Source: an uncultured Gammaproteobacteria bacterium
GTDB lineage: Bacteria > Patescibacteriota > Microgenomatia > UBA10105 > UBA927
Reading direction: 5' to 3'
NCBI GenBank assembly: GCA_964394685.1
Contig: CAYMYO010000004.1
Location: 9,063-64,442 of the forward strand
Length of the DNA: 55,380 nucleotides
The notes below the pieces were generated by a model, which saw nothing but the letters and a program-made list of their open reading frames with translations, made no database searches and was not told where the DNA came from. Shown here one piece after another: positions 50,005 to 55,380 of the stretch. The position numbers and the translations under genes were made by a program. Positions within the stretch are counted from its first letter, which is position 1; every line of letters begins with the position of its first letter.

Positions 50005-52596
50005 ATGGATATGCAGCGGATATTTTTGGAACGACAGTTGAAGAAGCATTTTGGATCTCCAAGAAACAGACTTCGAACAATGAGTACTCTTGCGACTGTC
50101 GCTTTTTTTTGCGTACTAGGAGCCGTTGTTTTTGTTGGACTTCTTTTCGCGTGGTACGCTAAGGATTTGCCGCGGCCGGATAAGGTCAATCGTGTAGAAG
50201 GATTGTCCACAGTGATATTAGATCGAACCGGTGAGACGGTCTATGACATTTATGAAAATCAAAATAGAATTCCGGTCAAATTTGAAGATATTCCCAAGGC
50301 ATTAAAAGACGCAACCATTGCTGTTGAAGACAAAGATTTTTACAAACACAAAGGATTATCTACGACCGGCCTTGTCCGGGCAATTGTTAATATTTTTGTA
50401 TTTCGAAACCTTCAAGGCGGATCAACACTGACGCAACAGCTGGTGAAAAACGCTCTTCTGTCACAAGAGCAAACCTTACCGCGAAAAATGAAAGAGGCAG
50501 TGCTTGCGATTCAAATTGAACGGAAATACAGTAAAGATGAAATACTCCAGATGTATTTAAATGAAATTCCATACGGGGGAACCGCCGCGGGAGTCGAAGC
50601 AGCCGCATCGTACTATTTTGATAAGCATGTCAAAGAATTAACAGTGCCTGAAAGTGTTATTCTGGCTGGACTACCTCAAGCACCCTCTTTATATTCTCCG
50701 TTTGGGAAAGATCCTAAGGCATATATAGCGCGCACCCTTCATGTCCTTCGTAGAATGCGCGAGGATGGATATATAACTCCTCAGCAGGAATTGGATTTGA
50801 AAAAACAGATTGAGCAAGTGAAGTTTGTATCTGGAGATATCAATCTCAACGCTCCGCATTTTGTGTCGTACGTAAAAGAGTTGCTTGTTGAAAAATTTGG
50901 CCAAAAAACAGTGGATGCGGGCGGACTCCGCGTGACGACAACCTTGGATTTAAAACTGCAGGAACAAGCACAAAAAATTGTCAAGGAAGAAATTGATAAA
51001 GTGAAGAATTTAAAAGTGAGTAACGGCGCAGCAGTTGTTATTGATCCAAAGACCGGAGAGATCCTTGCGATGGTTGGATCGAAAGACTATATGGCAACAG
51101 AGTCAGGCGGATTTAAGTTTAACGTGGTAACGCAAGGTCTTCGCCAGCCAGGATCCACCATGAAGCCGTTTTCATATGCGGCAGCCTTGAAAAAGGGCTA
51201 CACAGCCTCTACGACCCTCCTGGATGTGGATACCAAGTACCCATCAGGCGATGTAACGAAGCCGGAATACAATCCAAAAAACTATGATGGGAAATATCGG
51301 GGGCCAGTACAGCTTCGGTTTGCCTTGGGTAATTCCATTAACGTTATTGCTGTTAAAGTACTTGCTTTGGTTGGGGTAAAAGACGTGCTGCGGCTGGCTA
51401 CAGATATGGGTATATCTACTCTTGCTCCGACTGATGACAATATTAAACGGTTTGGATTATCTCTTACCTTAGGAGGTGGTGAGGTAACGCTTTTGGATAT
51501 AACCAGCGCATTTGGCGCATTTGGAACTGGTGGTCTTCGACAAGAACCAATTGCGCTTCTTAAAGTTGAAGATACAAAAGGTAAAGTATTGTTTGAACAC
51601 AAGGCGGTTCAATCAAAACGTGTGTTGTCAGCGGATGTTGCGTTTATTGTTTCAAATATTTTATCAGATAATAACGCACGGAAAGAGGTGTTTGGAGAAA
51701 AATCATATTTAGTTATTCCGGGTAAAACTGTCGCAGTTAAAACAGGAACAACTGATGATAAACGGGATAATTGGACGATAGGATACTCACCATCGATTGT
51801 TGTTGGAGTGTGGGTCGGAAATAATGACAATTCTCCGATGAATCCTGCTCTTGCTTCAGGTGTCACGGGGGCTGCTCCAATATGGAATAGGATTATTCGT
51901 GAAACACTGATTGAGAAAAAAGACGAGCCGTTTACAAAACCGGACAACGTTATTGAAATGGAAATTGATTCCTATGCAGGAGGCACTGTTGTTGGTGATG
52001 CGAGACGGAAGGAATTTTTTATCAAAGGAACTGAACCGAATGGATCTGCGACCTGCTACCAAAACATAAAAATATCCAAGCATGATGGAAATAAGCTCGC
52101 AAACATTGTTGAAATACTGAAAGGTGAATATGAAACAAAGCAGTATGTTGTGTGGAAAGAACAAGATCCCGTGTCAGGGGATGGGAAAAATCGTTGGCAA
52201 GATGGGATCAATGCATGGATAGCTGGACAAGGTGACTGGAAATTTCATCCACCGACTGAAACATATAGCGGCGGAGACGCGCTTGCGTTATCAATTAAAG
52301 AACCAAGTAATGGCCAGACGATAAATGATACGAATGTTAAAATTACTGTAAAAGCGACGTCGACAAACGGAATAAGTAAAATTGAGATTTTTGCGGGAGG
52401 TACTACACGAACAGTAAATAGTGATACATTTTCTGACACGATAAGTATGAGTGAAGGTTCATATCAGTCGATTCGGGCAAAAGCAACTGATTCGAAAGGG
52501 AATACGACAGAAAGCGAGATTCATATTGGGGTAAATCAAGCGTTTGCAACACCAACGCCGATTCCTACTGTCACTCCTGTTCCGACCCCAATCTAA
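50005..52596 (+). CDS. Class A penicillin-binding protein (PBP1A family) with C-terminal Ig-like domain and Pro/Thr tail
   Basis: EDKDFY, GGSTLTQQLVKN, RKMKE, YLN; SxxK STMK, SIN, KTGT; start at 50005 or 50011. Confidence 0.95.
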   Translation: MDMQRIFLERQLKKHFGSPRNRLRTMSTLATVAFFCVLGAVVFVGLLFAWYAKDLPRPDKVNRVEGLSTVILDRTGETVYDIYENQNRIPVKFEDIPKALKDATIAVEDKDFYKHKGLSTTGLVRAIVNIFVFRNLQGGSTLTQQLVKNALLSQEQTLPRKMKEAVLAIQIERKYSKDEILQMYLNEIPYGGTAAGVEAAASYYFDKHVKELTVPESVILAGLPQAPSLYSPFGKDPKAYIARTLHVLRRMREDGYITPQQELDLKKQIEQVKFVSGDINLNAPHFVSYVKELLVEKFGQKTVDAGGLRVTTTLDLKLQEQAQKIVKEEIDKVKNLKVSNGAAVVIDPKTGEILAMVGSKDYMATESGGFKFNVVTQGLRQPGSTMKPFSYAAALKKGYTASTTLLDVDTKYPSGDVTKPEYNPKNYDGKYRGPVQLRFALGNSINVIAVKVLALVGVKDVLRLATDMGISTLAPTDDNIKRFGLSLTLGGGEVTLLDITSAFGAFGTGGLRQEPIALLKVEDTKGKVLFEHKAVQSKRVLSADVAFIVSNILSDNNARKEVFGEKSYLVIPGKTVAVKTGTTDDKRDNWTIGYSPSIVVGVWVGNNDNSPMNPALASGVTGAAPIWNRIIRETLIEKKDEPFTKPDNVIEMEIDSYAGGTVVGDARRKEFFIKGTEPNGSATCYQNIKISKHDGNKLANIVEILKGEYETKQYVVWKEQDPVSGDGKNRWQDGINAWIAGQGDWKFHPPTETYSGGDALALSIKEPSNGQTINDTNVKITVKATSTNGISKIEIFAGGTTRTVNSDTFSDTISMSEGSYQSIRAKATDSKGNTTESEIHIGVNQAFATPTPIPTVTPVPTPI

Positions 52597-54596
52597 ACAG
52601 ACTTGAGCGTTGCGTTAAACTCTTTTTTCATGTGTTTGATTATTTTTTCTCGAATTTTTGAAATATCCTCTGATGTTAAATTTTTTGTATTGCTTTGATA
52701 CGTTACATGAAACGTTCTAATTGCGTTGTAACTGTCAAATAAGGTTACGTCTTCAATTAAAGGATCAATGGTTTTAAGTTTTGCAATTATTGGTGCCACA
52801 TAGGTTTTAACAGGAACGACAAAAGCCAAATCTTCGTATCCGCTAGGATTTTTTGGGATTGGCGTATATTGTTTTGTCGGATGCGCGTGTTTGACGAGCT
52901 GGTCAATGGATAGTTCAAGAACGGTAATAGGTTTATTGATTCCGAGTTTCGATAGAAGTGTTGGATCAATTTCTCCCAGTTGCCCGAAATTGCCTAGTCG
53001 AAGAGATCGACTGGATTCATAATATAGAGTAGCTGGATCGACTGTTTTAGAAAAAGAAATACCAAATTCAGAGAATATCGCTTCAGCAATACCTTTGAGT
53101 TTTCCGTACCTGCTTCCGGATACAGCAACAATGAGTGTTGATTGTTCTAAGGGAATATTATTTTTTCGGTACGCATAGGTCATTGATAACTCAAAAAGTC
53201 GAAGGTCACCTTCATATGGCATGTTTTGTTTTATGCAAAGAAGCATGCTTGGCAAGAGTGTCGGACGCATATATACCCAATCTGTTGAGATGGGATTGGT
53301 AATTTCATATACTTCTTGACTGTTTATTTCAAATGTGTTGAGTAGTTCTTTGGATAGCATCGAATAGGTATATGTTTCGGAATATCCCCAATCCCTTAGT
53401 TTTGTTTTTAGTTTTTGTTCCCATCCAAGAATTGGTTCTTCAAATATCATGGGCGGCTCCCCTTCGGGCAGAACTCCTTTGATGGTGTGATAGCCATAGA
53501 TGCGTGCGATTTCTTCAATAATATCAACATCAATGGAGATATCACGTCTATAGCTTGGTGGTTGAACGACTACACTTGTATTGTCTACGTCAGTCGTGCA
53601 ACCAAGCATAGTAAGAATGTTTTGTATTTCCTTTGTTTCGAGATGAGTTCCAATGTAACTGTCAATTTTTTCGCGAGAAACGTTAATCCTTGGCGCAACA
53701 TATGGATCAGGATATAGGTCTGTAATATTACTTGCTATTTTTCCATCAGTGAGTTCTTGCATGAGTTTTACGCCCTGCATAAATACCGGCATGACAAGTT
53801 CCGTGTCAAGTCCTTTTTCAAATAAACCGGATGCTTCTGTGTGGTGAGCTAATGCCATGGAAGTTTTTCTTATTTGTGCTGGGTTATATGTTTGTAAAAA
53901 AAGTATGACACGTGTTGTTTTTACCGTAATAGACGAATTTTCTCCACCCATGATGCCGCACAGATCAATGAGTTTTCCGGATCCATCTTCAATAACAATG
54001 TCTCCACCGGGAAGTGCATGCGTTTTCCCATCAAGCGTTGTCAGTGTTTCTCCTTTTTTGGCAGAACGGAGTTTTATGATTCCACCAGTTATGTTGTCGT
54101 AATCAAATACATGTGCCGGTTGGCCATAGGCGTGCATGAGATAGTTGGTGATATCAATGACATTGTTAAGTGATCTCACTCCGACCAGTTCTAATCGTTT
54201 CGCAAGCCAACTTGGGGAGGGTTTAATTTTTATATTGTCAAAAATTACACTGGTCCATCGTGGATTAAGTTTCGTATCAGTTGTTATATTTAACTGTAAT
54301 GTATTTTGTATCTTGTATTTTGTATCTTGTATTATTTTTTTATACGGATCATTAATGAGCGCTGCATCAATACCGAAGCGAGGCAAAATAACACTTGCTT
54401 CTCGTGCTATTCCCATAACCGACATTGCATCGGGACGGTTACTTGTTATTTCAATGTCATAGACGGTCTCTCCTTTGGTCGTGTGCACGCGTTCCACTGA
54501 CGGACCGCAAAGAGATACATACTCCTTTATTTGTTTTGGTGTGGCATCGGTTTTGAGATATTCCCGAAGCCATGAATCTGGTACAAGTATGTTCAT
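52593..54596 (-). CDS. pheT: Phenylalanyl-tRNA synthetase beta subunit (compact; apparently lacks the B2 OB-fold)
   Basis: ITSNRPD, VIDITNY..HAYGQPAHVFD, DIIEEIARIYGY, MRPTLLPS, C-terminal anticodon-binding domain. Confidence 0.95.
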   Translation of the reverse strand: MNILVPDSWLREYLKTDATPKQIKEYVSLCGPSVERVHTTKGETVYDIEITSNRPDAMSVMGIAREASVILPRFGIDAALINDPYKKIIQDTKYKIQNTLQLNITTDTKLNPRWTSVIFDNIKIKPSPSWLAKRLELVGVRSLNNVIDITNYLMHAYGQPAHVFDYDNITGGIIKLRSAKKGETLTTLDGKTHALPGGDIVIEDGSGKLIDLCGIMGGENSSITVKTTRVILFLQTYNPAQIRKTSMALAHHTEASGLFEKGLDTELVMPVFMQGVKLMQELTDGKIASNITDLYPDPYVAPRINVSREKIDSYIGTHLETKEIQNILTMLGCTTDVDNTSVVVQPPSYRRDISIDVDIIEEIARIYGYHTIKGVLPEGEPPMIFEEPILGWEQKLKTKLRDWGYSETYTYSMLSKELLNTFEINSQEVYEITNPISTDWVYMRPTLLPSMLLCIKQNMPYEGDLRLFELSMTYAYRKNNIPLEQSTLIVAVSGSRYGKLKGIAEAIFSEFGISFSKTVDPATLYYESSRSLRLGNFGQLGEIDPTLLSKLGINKPITVLELSIDQLVKHAHPTKQYTPIPKNPSGYEDLAFVVPVKTYVAPIIAKLKTIDPLIEDVTLFDSYNAIRTFHVTYQSNTKNLTSEDISKIREKIIKHMKKEFNATLKSV

Positions 54597-54597
54597 A

Positions 54598-55380
54598 TTA
54601 GAATTGTTTTAAAAATCGTACATCATTACTATAAAGCAACCGAATATCATCAATATTTGTATTGGATTTCATCATGGATGTCCGTTCCACTCCCCAACCA
54701 ATAGCAAATCCGCTGTATTTACTTGGATCAACGCCGCCATTTTGAAGTACGACCGGATGGATCATGCCGGAACCGGCAAGTTCGAGCCATCCTTCTTTAC
54801 ACAAACGGCAACCCTGCCCGTCCGGCAGGCGGGCCTTACCACCGCACACGCCACAGGAGATATCTACCTCAAATGATGGTTCAGTAAATTGAAAATGAAA
54901 TGGTCGTAGACGGAATTTTCTTTCGGATCCAAAGTATTGTTTGACAAAATAATCAATAAACCCTTTAAGGTGGCCGATTGAGACATTACGGTCGATATAC
55001 ATTCCTTCAAATTGATGAAACATTGGTGTATGCGATATATCGATTTGTCTTCGGTAGCATTTAGCAATGTTTATCATGCGTATTGGCAGCATTCCTTTTT
55101 CCATTTCCCGTACTTGTCCGTTACTTGTATGTGGGGTTAATACGATTTTTTGTTTTTTATAATCGCTTTCTGGTTGTCCAGGATATTTGATGTAGAATGT
55201 CTCCCATTCGTCGCTTGCTGGATGACTGTGCGGCATATTGAGTGATTCAAACGGATACCAATCCCAATCAACTTCCGGATGTCGAACACGGGTAAAACCT
55301 ATTTTATTGAATATGGTTGTTATTTCTTCAATTGCTTGGGTGACAATATGAAGATGTCCTTGCGGAGGAAGATCTCCGGG
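54598..55380 (-). CDS. pheS: Phenylalanyl-tRNA synthetase alpha subunit (5' part outside window)
   Basis: Frame open to the window edge (GHLHIVT...LNMPHSHPA); HTPMFHQFEG, FQFTEPS, ELAGSG, FAIGWGVER. Confidence 0.96.
   Translation of the reverse strand, partial: PGDLPPQGHLHIVTQAIEEITTIFNKIGFTRVRHPEVDWDWYPFESLNMPHSHPASDEWETFYIKYPGQPESDYKKQKIVLTPHTSNGQVREMEKGMLPIRMINIAKCYRRQIDISHTPMFHQFEGMYIDRNVSIGHLKGFIDYFVKQYFGSERKFRLRPFHFQFTEPSFEVDISCGVCGGKARLPDGQGCRLCKEGWLELAGSGMIHPVVLQNGGVDPSKYSGFAIGWGVERTSMMKSNTNIDDIRLLYSNDVRFLKQF
54813..54833. repeat. 21-bp mini-palindrome CCTGCCCGTCCGGCAGGCGGG inserted in frame in pheS
   Basis: Removal converts CGGKARLPDGQGCRLC into the usual CGGKGCRLC. Confidence 0.9.

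Overview
A 55.4-kb chromosomal window, genetic code 11. Gene content and style suggest a Patescibacteria/CPR genome of the Microgenomates type, probably Gottesmanbacteria-like (inference). Core content: dnaB, pepA, tgt, xerC/D, gyrB-hppA-gyrA, a complete type IV pilus locus split by three GT-C-type membrane glycosyltransferases, trmD-khpA-rpsP-rnc-nusB-rpmF-recG, tyrS, a class A PBP, pheT and pheS (partial). Main discovery: at 2404-2603 a complete tRNA-Leu(CAA) gene lies inside the anticodon loop of a second, fully base-paired tRNA-Leu(CAA) gene. The 114-bp insert ends in CCTGCCCG and GCAGGCGGG, exactly the ends of a 21-bp mini-palindrome inserted in frame in pheS. Relatives of that palindrome sit in five prepilin leader peptides and in recG. 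This suggests a family of micro-insertion elements, at least one of which carries a tRNA as cargo. Also found: a Tyr-specific T-box riboswitch heading a tRNA-Tyr / methyltransferase / MetE-like / tyrS operon, further palindromic repeat families, 7-8-nt tandem micro-arrays inside conserved genes, a degenerate Lgt homologue, and two small ORFs absent from the ORF track. All calls come from manual motif reading; no database search was run.
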